Shown here piece by piece: positions 19,017-31,500 of a DNA stretch of 64,000 nucleotides. The stretch lies in IMG/VR virus record IMGVR_UViG_3300031851_000001. One strand, written 5' to 3'. The DNA is from a virus. Its lineage: Duplodnaviria; Caudoviricetes. Both the position numbers and the translations under genes were made by a program. The notes below the pieces were generated by a model. The model saw only the letters and a list, made by a program, of their open reading frames with translations, made no database searches and was not told the DNA's origin. Position 1 is the stretch's first letter; each line of letters begins with the position of its first letter.

Positions 19017-19078
19017 ATGTATGCCCCTTTGTTATAATAGATATATATCTTAATAATCAATAATATAGTTTTAATAAA

Positions 19079-22000
19079 TTAAAACGTTCCACCGTCAATT
19101 TCATTAATAGCAATTGCGACATTTCCCGCAGTTACTGTAGTATCGACTCCATCAGTACCAGTAAAGGTTAGATTTGTGCCTAGAGATATATCAGATGTTG
19201 CACCACTTTCATCAATAACTGTAAACGTAGAGTTCTCTAATTTAGCGTTAGTGATATCACCATCGGTTATAGAGAATTCAGTACCAGTTAATGTTAACGC
19301 GCTTCCAGCCGAGTATGTACCCGCACCAGAGAATTGATACCAAATAACGTCGTCAGTACCAAGCGCAAATGTTTCAGCATCTGTTACCGTCGCAACATAA
19401 CCAGTACCATTATTTATAGTACCATCAGTTACGAATTGGAAGGCTCCTGGGATTTCCGAGGTTTCATTAAAGTATTCACCTCGAGTAATTACCCAATCAA
19501 TAGCCGCGCTACCGATTGTAGTAACTTCATAGGAACCATTTTCTAGTGAAGCAGTTTGATCTTTAACAAGAATTCTATCTCCGAGAGACCAATTTGCTAC
19601 ACCGTCGATGTCAAGTATAATATTAGCAGGAATAGTAAGTGTACCATTTCCATGATTATACGTTGCACCTAAATCAGCAGTCGTTGCTGCAAGAGCAGAA
19701 GGAATAACTCTTAACCCTTGTGCTACACCATCAACGTAAGCCTTAGTTGCCGCATCCTGTAAACTAACAGGGTCAGCAAGATCTTTAATTATATTATTAC
19801 TTACACTTATTTCGTTTGTATCAGAGTCAAGAATTAAATCGTGGCCAGTTCCTGCGTCTGTAGAAACTGTTCTGTTATTAATTAAAACTGAACCTGATTT
19901 TAAATTACCATCAACTTCAAGTGCTTTGAATATAGAGTCTGTACCACCCGGATGTAAGAAGTAAGATGTGGCATCTGTATCAACAAATTTTTCTGCTAAT
20001 ACATTATTGTTTACATACCAATTACCGGTTGACCTTTCGGAATAAGCAGAGAAGTTAAACGTATTATCAAGGAAACCAATTTTACCTTGACCGGCGTAAA
20101 GCGTTGACTGAGATCCGGGACCATCAGCAAATCCAATTTGCGAGAATGTTAGACCATAACCAACTCTTAATTGGTTTAGTCTTGTTTCTCCAGCAAAATC
20201 GCCATAGTAGTTATTATTGTCTGAGTCAAAATATCTCGGAGCAAATACGTTACCAGTGAATGTTGAACCATCAAGCGTGGCATAAACCGTATCAAGATGG
20301 CTATAATCTAAACCAATCGCAACGTTTGCGTTAGCTCCTGTACCAATAAACTCTTGGTTAACTGTAACACCAGATGTAATTCCGTCTGGGTAAATAAACC
20401 TTACATACTGTGTAGTAATATCAGCATCAATAGTTGTATCTGTAAGTCTTGTAACTTGTGCCGAACCATCAAGGTCTCCACCCAGTGTAATAGTGAAGTT
20501 ATCTGCAAAGAGATTCATTACATCGTTGACATCATCGTTTACGGCAAATACACCTGCACCATTTGCATTACCGTCTGTAAACATCAAACCAATAATATCA
20601 CGTGATGTTTCAGTAAAGTTTGGAATCGCGTTAGCTTGTAATTCTAATGGAATGTCTGTAGCAAAATCAATTCTACCATCTTCAGTAATACGTATACGAG
20701 GAGTAAATCCATCAGTACCATACATTTCAGCAGAAACGCCAGTAACATCAAGTCCAATTTTTAATTCGTTGTTTGCACTATCAATATCCTGAAGTTCTAA
20801 ACCACGGCCAAGATTTAATGTTGGATTTTGTAGTAAGTCAATATCCGTTAAGTGTGAATTAGCACCATCTTCAATTTGTAATTTAGAAGAGAATGATCCG
20901 CCAAGATAATTAAGAGTAACAACATCACTAAGATTAACTGGGTCAGCAACATTAGTAATTGTATTATTTGCGGCATCAATATTACCAGTAGGATCAAGTA
21001 CTAAGTTAGCATTTGAAACAATTTTAGTATTGACTTCTAAATTACCTGTGTTATAATTAAGTACAATTTGATTAAGATTTTGACCAAAGTTTAAATTACC
21101 AAGCTCATCAATTTGCATTCTTTGAGTATTGGCAGTATAGAAATCTAAATCGTTATTATCAACACCTGCAGCGGTTTCAGCAATGATATATGTATTTCTG
21201 TCGAGATCCATAACTGAGCCAGCAAGACCAGCCCAAGCAGTACCATCGTAACCTTCAAACCGAGCATCTTCAGTATTATAGCGTAATCCACCAACGATAC
21301 CAACTGGCCTTTCAGCGGTCGTACCTTTTGGCATAACCAACGCGCCATTAGTATCAATTCTAATTAACTCATCGTCTGAACCAAGCTTACCTGTAAAGAT
21401 TTTATCAAAGTTATAATTTGGTGCACCGAGTGTTAAAGAACCGGTTACATTTGGTCTTAGGGAAGTTGATATGACAGGAACATTAACATCACCATAGAAA
21501 GTGGTAACATTGTTCGCATTCATCATAGCAACTCTAGAACCGCCAGTAAAGAATTGTAATTGATCGTCGTCAGACCCTGGGCTGTTTTCTGCTATAACCT
21601 TTGTATCTTGGTCAACATCAACAGTACCACCTAAGCCTGCCCATGCAACTCCATCATAACCTTCGAATTGGCTATCCTGAGTATTAAAGCGAATTTGACC
21701 AGTTGCTTCAGTTGGTCTTTCTAGTGTTGTACCTTGTGGTAAACGAACTGCGCTTGTTCCTGAGATTATTAAATCATCACCTACTGGATTAATCTGATTT
21801 AATGGAAGAGTTTCGTTTACACTAAATCGAGTTCCGTTAAGGACTAAACCAGCACCTGCTGTAAATGTACCTTCACCTTGGAACTGAGCCCATTCAACAG
21901 GGTCTGTATTAAGGTTAAAGTTAGCAGCATCAAGAACTGTAGAAACCCAACCTGTACCACCATTAATTGTACCGTCAGTAACAAATTCGTATGAACCCGG

Positions 22001-22963
22001 AAGTTGTTCGCTTGTATTGAAATCAGCTCTTTGGAATATCCATTCAGTATTGGCAGAACCAACTTGGATTACATCATAAGAACCGTTTTGTGTTTTATCA
22101 GTTTGGTCTTTAACGAGAAGGTTTTTGCCAAGTGTCCAAGTAGTAACATCGTCGATATATAAAAAGTTAACTGGCGGAATAGTAAGAGTATCACGTACCG
22201 TCGAGTTTCCTGTTTCAAACGTGGCACCTAAATCTTCTGTCGTTGCGGCAAGAGCCTGTGGTCTAACCACGAAACCCTGTACTAAATTATCAACATATCT
22301 TTTGTTTGTAGCATCAGTTGCGATAATAGGATCGTCAAAAACTTTAATCGTTGTTTCAACACGATCTAATTCAAACTCAAGATACGTTTTGTTAATAGCA
22401 TCAAATCCATCAATAGGATCAAGTATACCAGAAACTCTATGGAAAGACATATCCACAACGTTATTAGAACCTGGGTCAAATGTTATGTTGGCATTCGCAG
22501 TAAATGTACCATCAAATAATTCAACACCGCCTGCTTCAAATGTTGTAAGTCCAACGATATTGTTTGAAGACTCACCAAGAGTTAAGGCTGTTGTACCAAG
22601 TGTAATATCGTTAGTTGAAATTACGTTATTAGAATAAGCAAAGTTGTCTTCGCTAAACGAACGATTATTAAATTGAGTAATGTGACCATATTGGTCTAAA
22701 TCAATATTACCAGCAAATACTAAACCGGCATTATTAGAACTTATTTCCGTTGATGTAGCTGCGTGAGATATAACAAGATTTGCATTCTCTGTATTAAGTT
22801 CTGGTGTAACGATAATACCAGAACCTGCATCAACTTTTGCAACGTATTGACCAACTGTATCAATTCCAAGCGTAATGGAATCTGGCGTAATGAGTGGTTT
22901 TTTCTCAGCGGCTGCGACAATCCTAATCTTATTGGACTGACCTACTTTTACTTTAATGCTCAC
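19079..22963 (-). CDS. Virion structural/fibre protein (1294 aa)
   Basis: Repeated DA(A/T)(T/N)KxYVD motifs; two LVKDQT..xNGSY.V domains; two P.GTT.ERP....G..R(F/Y)NT....FEGYDG.AWAGL.G repeats. All are typical of marine T4-like fibre proteins. Confidence 0.75.
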   Translation of the reverse strand: MSIKVKVGQSNKIRIVAAAEKKPLITPDSITLGIDTVGQYVAKVDAGSGIIVTPELNTENANLVISHAATSTEISSNNAGLVFAGNIDLDQYGHITQFNNRSFSEDNFAYSNNVISTNDITLGTTALTLGESSNNIVGLTTFEAGGVELFDGTFTANANITFDPGSNNVVDMSFHRVSGILDPIDGFDAINKTYLEFELDRVETTIKVFDDPIIATDATNKRYVDNLVQGFVVRPQALAATTEDLGATFETGNSTVRDTLTIPPVNFLYIDDVTTWTLGKNLLVKDQTDKTQNGSYDVIQVGSANTEWIFQRADFNTSEQLPGSYEFVTDGTINGGTGWVSTVLDAANFNLNTDPVEWAQFQGEGTFTAGAGLVLNGTRFSVNETLPLNQINPVGDDLIISGTSAVRLPQGTTLERPTEATGQIRFNTQDSQFEGYDGVAWAGLGGTVDVDQDTKVIAENSPGSDDDQLQFFTGGSRVAMMNANNVTTFYGDVNVPVISTSLRPNVTGSLTLGAPNYNFDKIFTGKLGSDDELIRIDTNGALVMPKGTTAERPVGIVGGLRYNTEDARFEGYDGTAWAGLAGSVMDLDRNTYIIAETAAGVDNNDLDFYTANTQRMQIDELGNLNFGQNLNQIVLNYNTGNLEVNTKIVSNANLVLDPTGNIDAANNTITNVADPVNLSDVVTLNYLGGSFSSKLQIEDGANSHLTDIDLLQNPTLNLGRGLELQDIDSANNELKIGLDVTGVSAEMYGTDGFTPRIRITEDGRIDFATDIPLELQANAIPNFTETSRDIIGLMFTDGNANGAGVFAVNDDVNDVMNLFADNFTITLGGDLDGSAQVTRLTDTTIDADITTQYVRFIYPDGITSGVTVNQEFIGTGANANVAIGLDYSHLDTVYATLDGSTFTGNVFAPRYFDSDNNNYYGDFAGETRLNQLRVGYGLTFSQIGFADGPGSQSTLYAGQGKIGFLDNTFNFSAYSERSTGNWYVNNNVLAEKFVDTDATSYFLHPGGTDSIFKALEVDGNLKSGSVLINNRTVSTDAGTGHDLILDSDTNEISVSNNIIKDLADPVSLQDAATKAYVDGVAQGLRVIPSALAATTADLGATYNHGNGTLTIPANIILDIDGVANWSLGDRILVKDQTASLENGSYEVTTIGSAAIDWVITRGEYFNETSEIPGAFQFVTDGTINNGTGYVATVTDAETFALGTDDVIWYQFSGAGTYSAGSALTLTGTEFSITDGDITNAKLENSTFTVIDESGATSDISLGTNLTFTGTDGVDTTVTAGNVAIAINEIDGGTF

Positions 22964-22965
22964 TG

Positions 22966-23292
22966 CTAAACCTCCGTGATTGTTGGTATAACTATTGCTA
23001 GACCTTCAACAATTTTGGACATTTCACCACTGGATTTTCTCATTAAAACATCATACTCGTATTTTCCCGGCCTTAGATTGGCTGTAACATCAGCCTCTAA
23101 AACTAGTGTAATGTCATTCTCGTTTTTCTCTACAACGAATTCCGCTGCGCGTTTTGATGAATACATTTTTCTTAAGTCTGCGAAAAAACTAAATGTGTTT
23201 ATCACCAAATCATCATCGTCTCCGTCGAACATTTCCAACGTAATACGAAAATCAGTACCTTGATCTATATAGATATTTGCTTTGGATCCCAT
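22966..23292 (-). CDS. Small conserved virion-associated protein (108 aa)
   Basis: ANIYIDQG.DF N-terminus and G.Y.YDV...KI.EG...V.P C-terminus, typical of small beta-sandwich proteins found next to fibre genes in T4-like phages. Confidence 0.65.
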   Translation of the reverse strand: MGSKANIYIDQGTDFRITLEMFDGDDDDLVINTFSFFADLRKMYSSKRAAEFVVEKNENDITLVLEADVTANLRPGKYEYDVLMRKSSGEMSKIVEGLAIVIPTITEV

Positions 23293-23318
23293 TTTTTCAT
23301 CTCTTTATTACTTTTATC

Positions 23319-23326
23319 TATTTATA
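23319..23326 (-). promoter_or_regulatory. T4-type late promoter TATAAATA
   Basis: Exact intergenic match upstream of the 108-aa gene. Confidence 0.8.
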
Positions 23327-23365
23327 AAAAATAAGGAGGCACAATCGCTTGACCCCCTCACTTAT
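23327..23365 (-). terminator. Probable intrinsic terminator after the collagen-like fibre gene
   Basis: Minus strand reads ATAAG-T-GAGG-GGGT-CAA-GCGA-TTG-TG-CCTC-CTTAT-TTTT: an imperfect stem with a GNRA loop, followed by a U-run. Confidence 0.5.
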
Positions 23366-23386
23366 AATGACTGAGATTTGCAAGAA

Positions 23387-26300
23387 TTATTGACCTTTAA
23401 TTTGGTCAACCTCATCTTTTAAATCTTTGATAGCTTCAACTAACAGACCGACTAATGAGGCATATGCGACTGATTTAATCTTATCTTCAGTTTTATCTTC
23501 AATCACAACTTCAGGAATAACTCTTTCAACTTCCTGAGCAATTAAACCAATTTTTCTGGCATCAGGATTTGTTTTCTTGTTAAAATATACACCACGCAAG
23601 TCTGTAACTTTAGAAAGTGCGTTATCAACAGTAATAACATTTTCTTTAAGTCTTTCATCAGAGTTTGTAGTAATATCGCCTGTTGCAGTAAATTCTCCGG
23701 TTGTTGTATCAAAAGTAAATACCGCAGTACCGCCTGCTCTTTCTTCAATCCTAACTGATGTTACTGTAGTTGTATCAGCATCTAATAAGAATGCACCAGT
23801 ACCTGATTCCACACCAAGCTTCATTGCATTAGTAGTACCAAAACCAAAGTACGTATCATCAGGTAAGTTCATATCAGATGTAATACCTGTAAGATTGCCT
23901 GCGGTTAATGTACCACCAACAGTCATGTTACCAGCAGCATCAATGTTTTCAACACTAAGCTCATCATCTCCAGATGTATAGAAGAAGTTTTGTTCACCAC
24001 CTGGGTTAGGTCCTAACGTGGCCATCAACGGTCGTTGGTCTGCTCCAGCTTCAAAGAATGGAATGAATAACGCAGTATCCTGTAATGGAGATGTGTGAAT
24101 GTTTTGTAAGTTACCAACACCACCTTCGTTACCCGGTCCCTGAACACCTTGAGTACCTTGGAAACCGTAATCCCCTTGGAAGCCTGCAGTACCTTGATAA
24201 CCTTGAACACCGCCACCAATAGCACCTTGGAAACCTAAGTCACCTTGCATACCTTGTATACCTTGAACACCCTGTGCACCAAACCCGGTTGCACCTTGTA
24301 CACCTTGCCAACCATCAGCACCTTGAGTACCTTGGAAACCTTGTGTACCAGTTCCACCAACGCCACCTGAAATACCTTGTAAACCTTGCGATCCTTGGAA
24401 GCCTTCATAACCTTGAACACCACCTTCACCAGACTCACCTGAAATACCTTGTGGACCAGATGGACCATTGTCACCTTGTAAACCAGTATCACCGATACCT
24501 GCGGCACCTTGGAAACCTTGAACACCTTGTTGTCCTGAACCGTTTGGTCCTTGGAAACCTAATCCACCTTGGAAACCTTGGAAACCGTTACCACCTTGTG
24601 CACCTTGATTACCTTCACCTGCAGTACCTTGGTTACCGCCAAATCCTTGGAAACCCTCAGCTCCTTGGAAGCCTTGCATACCTTGTACACCTTGAGTACC
24701 AAATCCTATTGGACCTGTAATACCTTGTATACCTTGAGAAGCCTGAGGACCTTGAGTACCTTGGAAACCATCGTTACCTTGGAAACCTGCCGCACCCGGA
24801 GCACCAATACCTTGTGGACCTTGGAAACCCTGCATACCTTGGAAGCCATCGCCACCTTGTAAACCAAAGCTACCTTGTACACCTTGTGGTCCATCGCCAC
24901 CAACTTCACCTTCTTCACCTTGTTCACCATCAGTACCTTGTGGACCAGATGCTCCTTGGAAACCGGTAGCACCTTGAGCACCAACACCGTCTAAACCTTG
25001 AAGTCCTTGTAATCCTTGAGTACCTTGAGCACCAACTGTACCAATTCCACCGTCTAAACCTTGAATACCAGTATCACCTTGGATACCAGTAGTACCTTGT
25101 GAACCAGTGGCACCTAAGTCACCAGTTCTTGCGAAAGTAATTACAACATCAAGTCCATCAGTCATACTTGTAACTGAACCATTTACATATGAACATATTA
25201 TGTTAAAGTAACCTGCGACTTCCTGAACACTAGTGATAGTAAATACCGCAAAGTTTTCCGGAGCACCATTTTCAGATAACTTAAAGTGACCTTTGATAGG
25301 GCTTGTTGAGTCATCAATAGTTCTAAGGAATGGTTGAATGTCTGTAAAGTTATCATCTCTATCGTCCATATACAGGTTACCTGCAGAGTTAAACGATGCA
25401 TTATTGAACTTAAGTGTACCTACACCCGGATCTGATGTAGCAGTATTTGTGCTAAATGTGTAATCAAAAGTAACACCACCAAACGAACCTGTTTGACCTT
25501 GAACACCTGATCCACCTTGTAGACCATCAGTACCTTGAGTACCCTGCGGACCAACAAGTCCCGGCACACCTTGAACGCCTTGGAAACCTAAGTCACCTTG
25601 GAAGCCATCAGTACCTTGAATTGATTGTGGACCTTGCGTACCTTGGAAACCTAGTAATCCTTGAATACCCTGAATGCCTTGTATACCTTGAACACCCTGT
25701 GTACCTTGAGGACCAAGATCTGAAGTAACAATATCGCCACCCATTGCAGCATGTACTGTACACTGATAATAAAGCGATGCAGGAGCATCAAATGGTACTC
25801 GGAATATAATTAAACCGCTTGCTGACGCGTTACCTGTTACACCAGTATTATAAGCAGCTCCACCTTGGGCAACTCTAATTTCAAACGGGTGACCTGCTGC
25901 GCTTACATCAAAGATATAAGTAAATCCACGGATAAGGTGAATTGTTGGATCAGCTACACCATCAATTAAATAATCACTTGTGCCATTATTTGTTACAATA
26001 AATGTACGAGCACCTTCTTGACCTTGAATACCTTGAGCACCTTGGATACCAGTAGTACCTTGGATTGACTGTGGTCCTTGAGTACCTTGCAGCCCTTGTA
26101 GACCCTGTAAACCTTGTAATCCCTGTACGCCTTGTACACCTTGGGTACCAGCTTCGCCGCGTGGAACAAAGTTAATTAATGTTTTAGCAGGGTGTAATGT
26201 ATCAATAACATCTGTTTGCCAATTATTATTAGGCAAGCCATATGAACCAACATAAGTAACATCGAACCAACCAAATGTTTTTCCAGCGCCATCCCATGTA

Positions 26301-28087
26301 AAGTTTGTGAATTCGTATACAACTTGATGGTGACCACCCGGCCCATTACCATCGTCAAATGATTCAACAACAATTAAGCCTTTTGAACCTGACCCTTGTG
26401 GAATAGTTTGTAGCCAATCAAATACTTCATCAACATCGTTAGTGTAGTTATTTAAAGGAATATCGTCAAGTGTTAAAACAGTTGCTAACGAAACATCAGC
26501 GTTGTTTATTTTCCATTTACTAGTTCCTGGGAATGTAGAAGCAGTGTTATTATTAAGGAAATCCCACTCGTAAGTTAAACCACCATAATGTCCAACCGCA
26601 CCTTGAACTCCTTGTGTTCCCTGATCGCCTTGTGTACCTTGGTTACCTTGTAAACCAGCTCCACCTTGGACGCCTTGCACACCTTGAACAGATTGAGTAC
26701 CTTGTATACCTTGAACACCGGTTCCACCTTGTAGACCCTGTAAACCTTGAACACCTTGTACTGATTGAACACCTTGCAGCCCTTGTAGACCCTGTGTTCC
26801 TTGGCTACCTTGAATACCTTTTTGTCCTTGGATACCCTGCATACCAGTAGTACCTTGGATTGACTGTGGTCCTTGAATACCTTGGAAGCCTAAAATACCT
26901 TGAACGCCTTGGACACCTTGAGTTCCCTGTGGTCCTTGAATACCTTGGAAACCTCTGTCACCAGATATATTAAATGCAACCAATACTGGTAAACGCTGTG
27001 TTGTACCCGGAGTTGGTGTATCTAATTGAACAAAATCGCCCTTAACGCCTTCGCCTGCTACATAAGTAACATCTAATTGCCAATAACCTGTTTGGTCAGT
27101 AGCTGCCTGAACTGAGAATATAACATAATCATCAGGATTGTTGCGAAGAGTAATCTTCATATAAGCTTTGTTTGTAGAAGATGATGCGGCGATTGCTGTG
27201 TATAAACCTTCAAGATTTACACTATAGAATGCTTCATCATCAATCCAAATTCTTGTAACACCGGAAAAATCGTCTGCTGGATTAGCAGCGCCATTCATAA
27301 TCATTTCACCAGTAGTTGGATCTGCTTGTACTATTTCATCTTTAATTCTAAATTCTACTACATGACCGGCATCATCACCAGAAAAACCTTGAAAACCAAG
27401 ATCCCCTTGGATACCAGTAGTACCTTGAATAGATTGCGGTCCCTGTGTACCTTGGTTACCTAATAACCCTTGTACTCCTTGAGTTCCCTGAACTCCTTGG
27501 ACACCTTGAATTCCTTGAGTACCTTGTGGTCCTTGAACACCCTGTACGCCTTGGATACCATCAGCACCTTGAATACCTTGTGTACCTTGATAACCACGGA
27601 AACCACGTGAACCTTGAATACCTTCTTCACCAATAGTTCCTTGCACACCTTGTGTACCTTGGTTACCAATGAAACCTTGAACACCTCTAAACGATCCAAC
27701 GTTTACCCATACCGCACCATCATAAACCCATAACTCATCATCTGCGTTATCAATAACACCTTGACCAGTTGTAGCTGATGGGAATGCCGTATTAAGAGTT
27801 GCTTGCTGATCGCCACCTGTATCAACATCAGTAACAGAACCAATAACGTCAAAACCCGGTCCATATGTACCTTGTGTACCTTGTAAACCTGCATCGCCTT
27901 GTAAACCGGATGTACCTTGAACCCCTGCACCAACTGCGTTCCATGCTGTGCCATTAGAAACATAAATTAACCCGTCTGAACCATAAGCAATGGCTCCATT
28001 GTACGGGGCTGGATCTAATTGAATAGGTACTGCTTGCGGAGTACCCTGCCCAATTATTCGTGAACCGCTAATTGATTTGAAAGCCAT
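23387..28087 (-). CDS. Collagen-like tail fibre (1566 aa) with globular inserts and C-terminal peptidase S74 chaperone
   Basis: Long Gly-X-Gln triplet runs; C-terminal SDERLKENV...[13 protein letters not shown]...[16 protein letters not shown] is the S74 intramolecular chaperone signature. Confidence 0.88.
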   Translation of the reverse strand: MAFKSISGSRIIGQGTPQAVPIQLDPAPYNGAIAYGSDGLIYVSNGTAWNAVGAGVQGTSGLQGDAGLQGTQGTYGPGFDVIGSVTDVDTGGDQQATLNTAFPSATTGQGVIDNADDELWVYDGAVWVNVGSFRGVQGFIGNQGTQGVQGTIGEEGIQGSRGFRGYQGTQGIQGADGIQGVQGVQGPQGTQGIQGVQGVQGTQGVQGLLGNQGTQGPQSIQGTTGIQGDLGFQGFSGDDAGHVVEFRIKDEIVQADPTTGEMIMNGAANPADDFSGVTRIWIDDEAFYSVNLEGLYTAIAASSSTNKAYMKITLRNNPDDYVIFSVQAATDQTGYWQLDVTYVAGEGVKGDFVQLDTPTPGTTQRLPVLVAFNISGDRGFQGIQGPQGTQGVQGVQGILGFQGIQGPQSIQGTTGMQGIQGQKGIQGSQGTQGLQGLQGVQSVQGVQGLQGLQGGTGVQGIQGTQSVQGVQGVQGGAGLQGNQGTQGDQGTQGVQGAVGHYGGLTYEWDFLNNNTASTFPGTSKWKINNADVSLATVLTLDDIPLNNYTNDVDEVFDWLQTIPQGSGSKGLIVVESFDDGNGPGGHHQVVYEFTNFTWDGAGKTFGWFDVTYVGSYGLPNNNWQTDVIDTLHPAKTLINFVPRGEAGTQGVQGVQGLQGLQGLQGLQGTQGPQSIQGTTGIQGAQGIQGQEGARTFIVTNNGTSDYLIDGVADPTIHLIRGFTYIFDVSAAGHPFEIRVAQGGAAYNTGVTGNASASGLIIFRVPFDAPASLYYQCTVHAAMGGDIVTSDLGPQGTQGVQGIQGIQGIQGLLGFQGTQGPQSIQGTDGFQGDLGFQGVQGVPGLVGPQGTQGTDGLQGGSGVQGQTGSFGGVTFDYTFSTNTATSDPGVGTLKFNNASFNSAGNLYMDDRDDNFTDIQPFLRTIDDSTSPIKGHFKLSENGAPENFAVFTITSVQEVAGYFNIICSYVNGSVTSMTDGLDVVITFARTGDLGATGSQGTTGIQGDTGIQGLDGGIGTVGAQGTQGLQGLQGLDGVGAQGATGFQGASGPQGTDGEQGEEGEVGGDGPQGVQGSFGLQGGDGFQGMQGFQGPQGIGAPGAAGFQGNDGFQGTQGPQASQGIQGITGPIGFGTQGVQGMQGFQGAEGFQGFGGNQGTAGEGNQGAQGGNGFQGFQGGLGFQGPNGSGQQGVQGFQGAAGIGDTGLQGDNGPSGPQGISGESGEGGVQGYEGFQGSQGLQGISGGVGGTGTQGFQGTQGADGWQGVQGATGFGAQGVQGIQGMQGDLGFQGAIGGGVQGYQGTAGFQGDYGFQGTQGVQGPGNEGGVGNLQNIHTSPLQDTALFIPFFEAGADQRPLMATLGPNPGGEQNFFYTSGDDELSVENIDAAGNMTVGGTLTAGNLTGITSDMNLPDDTYFGFGTTNAMKLGVESGTGAFLLDADTTTVTSVRIEERAGGTAVFTFDTTTGEFTATGDITTNSDERLKENVITVDNALSKVTDLRGVYFNKKTNPDARKIGLIAQEVERVIPEVVIEDKTEDKIKSVAYASLVGLLVEAIKDLKDEVDQIKGQ
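24140..27920 (-). repeat. Interrupted Gly-X-Y collagen-like repeats dominated by G-x-Q
   Basis: e.g. [23 protein letters not shown]. On the + strand this appears as recurrent ccttg/ccctg. Confidence 0.92.
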
Positions 28088-28509
28088 TATACATCATCCT
28101 CCTCGGATTGACCAAGTGTAAAGGATAAGGTAGCATCAACTGCGAGGTTTGTATCGCATTTGATTTCTAATAGATCGCCTGATCTAAAGAATTGACCGTT
28201 GAGTGGTAAAGGAACAGTATCATATGCTGGAATTTGTAAATTTCTAATAATCCAAAACTCTGCATTAATTTCTTCCCTGTGTGTTCTTACATCAACTGCT
28301 ACAGTATTTGCTGTAAAGTTACATAAGATAAGTGGCGAAATAACTTCACCAACACCGGGTTCTGTTGTAGTTGAACCACCGAAAACTAGTTCCGGAACTT
28401 CATAGTTTGGTACCTCAATCATTGTCTGCCAGTTCGTGGTCAATGTAAAGGACTTGGCGACCGGTTTAGCATCTGGCGCCTGGGATGTTGCGATTGTGTA
28501 TATAGCCAT
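28087..28509 (-). CDS. Hypothetical virion-associated protein (140 aa)
   Basis: Coupled at both ends by 1-nt overlaps. Beta-rich composition like small structural proteins. Confidence 0.6.
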   Translation of the reverse strand: MAIYTIATSQAPDAKPVAKSFTLTTNWQTMIEVPNYEVPELVFGGSTTTEPGVGEVISPLILCNFTANTVAVDVRTHREEINAEFWIIRNLQIPAYDTVPLPLNGQFFRSGDLLEIKCDTNLAVDATLSFTLGQSEEDDV

Positions 28510-31500
28510 TATAGAGATGCCCTACTGTTAGATGCACGTCGTGCAAGTTTTCTCACTGATGAAGTAAACGGACGACCTTCAATTCGACCTGTTCTACCGT
28601 TGATTTTGAGACCTCTTGCGAAGTACTGGTTGTTTAATTCGTCTGACCCTGACCATCTGATCCGGCCTCCGCCTTCTGACAATACAGAGGCATTAGCACC
28701 AATTGCGGCACCTACGTTTCTAAAGTTCAGCGGTAAGGCGTTTCTGTTAACACCTGCCGATGCACCGTTAAACTGGTGAGCAATAGATTCAACCAACGAA
28801 CCAAACGTTAAGAAGTTAGGTCTTATGACACTGTCTATGATAAGGTTATCTATCAATTCGGTTACCATGGTTCTATGATCTGCATCAGGAGCGATATTGT
28901 TATTTATATAAGTTTTCATTCTTGACCATGCGCCAGTGAACGAGTCAAGTAAATCTGTATTGTTAGCGCCTTCACTTATAATATTCCAAACGCCTGCACC
29001 GTTGTATACGTAAATGTTACCTACATAACGGTTAGCGCTAGGAGTAGTTGATACAATTCTTGCATCCCATTTCTTTGAAATAGAGTTTAAGGCAGCCAAT
29101 GCTGGAACATTGTCAACCGTACCTTTAAATCTTAACCTACGCCAATCAGCATATGCCTCTGGTGGATTAAATACTGGGAATACATGTTGAGCATCGATGT
29201 TAAACAACGCACCAACAAACGATCTTGAACCTTTATCAGAACCAACTGTACCAACAACTGGATCAATAACTCTACCTTTGAAATCGTTTTGTAGAACTTT
29301 AAGGAAGTTACCACCATCACGATATGTTTTAGGCAAGTCGATAAATTTGTATGTTGAAGTAATGTGACGTTGTACTTCACGCTGTAATTTAGTTCTGTTA
29401 TTAGATAAAATATCTTTAGCAAAGCTAAACTCTTTACTTTCTTCCCATGCAAAGTTAGGTTCAATTTTTGGACCAAGTGATTGAGGTGAGTCATAGAACA
29501 TTACGTTATGTAATATATCACCGAGTTCAATCGCTTGAGCTTCTTGAGTAGTTGTACCTAGCTCAGAACGAACAGCTTGATTTGGATGCTTACCAATAAC
29601 AACTTGACTTACGATTTTACCAAGTTGACGATATGCTTTCGCTGTCGCAACTCTTGTATCTTCTGGGATACGTAATTCGTTATTCCAATAATAGAAATCT
29701 GCATTCCATCTTGTAGCTAAGTTACCGCCATAGTTGAGATCCCAAGACATCGCATCAACGATATATCCAGCATCTCTGCGGCATTTAGCTTTAGAGTAAT
29801 CAATAATAGTGAATGTATCTTTAAGGAACTTAGTAACATCGTCAGCAAGTTCGTCAAGATTATCATCAATAATTTTTGAAGCTTCAATCTTAGTAGCGTT
29901 AACCCAAGAAGTGTCAGGCTCAACGATATCTGGTAGACCGTCAATATTATCTCTTCTGATTGCATCCTCTACGATACGAACTAAGTCAGCAACCTCTTCA
30001 CCTTCAACCGCGGTTGCTGGAGTGATTGATGTAGTATCTTGTGTTGTCCAAGTTCTAACCGCTTTCTTCAGTCCACCTTCAGTTGCACTTACGAATGTAT
30101 GAGCACCAGAATAAGTAGCTGCTGGTCCTACCCACATTGTTATTACGTTACCTTCAACGTAAAGGATTGGACAAGGAACATCGTAATATGGATGATGTGA
30201 CTCAGGTACCGCATGGTTAACTGGACCAGAACCAACATCACATGAGAATGTAAAGCTTTCAGGTTCAAACGATACGTAATCGCCAATTTCTAAACCGTGG
30301 TCAGCATCAATAGTTGCAGTGAAGTAACCTGTATCAGGATCGTATGTTGCACCAGTTGAAGTAAATCCTCTCTGATACGCTGTCTGACCTTGAACAACTG
30401 ACTTAACAACGCCGGCCATCTCTGTAAAGAACTCGGCGGTTTGTTGTCTTTGGTCTGCAGGTAATATTGAATGCGCGCCTTCGAAGTATAGACCTGCAGT
30501 CATTATCATTGCATAGTTTGTGGTATAGTTAACATCGTGTGATACGGCATCAATCATTACGCCAACATCTCTGCGGCATTTCTCTTTCGAGTATGATATA
30601 CCATTGTAAGCGTTACCAATATGTATTTGTAGATCTTTCGCCATTTGAATTGAATTATCGTCAATTACATTTTTAGCAGTCATCAATCCTGTTTCAATCC
30701 AAGAAGTATCTGGATCAATTCTTGATGGAATATTTGCTGGGCTATTATCATCAGCAACTTTTGCCAACATGGTTGCTAAGTTCATCGCTTCATCTGCGAT
30801 TGTGCGACGAGCAGCTCTGTGTTTAAACTCTTGTCTAACCGTGTTACCAGTTAGGTGAGTAATTGCATTCATTGTTGCGCTTACGAATGTATGAGCACCG
30901 CCACCTTTACCATATGGAACTTTACCAACATTCATAGTAATAGTTGTTCCAGTTCTTGCAGTGATTTTCATCGGTGCATTGTAATATGGATGATGTGCTT
31001 CTGGCGCAGGGTGGTTATGAACGTCGCCATCTAGAGCACATGTAAACACAATACTGTTTGGTGCGATCATAACGTAATCGCCAATTTTAAGATTGTGGTT
31101 TGCCATAGTAGCAGTAAATATGCCTGTATCAGGATCGTATGTGGCTGTTGTTGGTGTAAACTTGCGACCTTCTTTACGAGGTACTGTTTCATTGCGTGTT
31201 ACCCAACGAACTACTTTACCAAGATATTCAAATGCTTCTCTAGTTGATTGACGTTGGTCAATTGGTAGAATATTCACTGCATTCTTAAAGTAAAGTTCAG
31301 CAGTACCATGCATTGCAGAGTTACCACCATATTGAATATCGTGTGATATCGCATCAACAATATAACCTGTATCTCTTCGGCAACGATCCTCATCGTACTC
31401 AAGGTAACCAAAGTTATTTCTTAAGTATTGAGTAATAGTATCTTGTAGATTATCTTTACGTCCTGCGATAATTGTTGCAGATGGATCATATAGATAGTTT

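Noticed and set aside
19039-19050. 12-bp palindrome AGATATATATCT in the intergenic gap
   Set aside because: Low-complexity AT repeat in an AT-rich spacer, seen only once; not supportable as an operator.
24025-27963. Many short ORFs with KV(F/Y)KV or HL/YL periodicity
   Set aside because: Out-of-frame and antisense shadows of the G-x-Q collagen repeat, which lacks stops in those frames.
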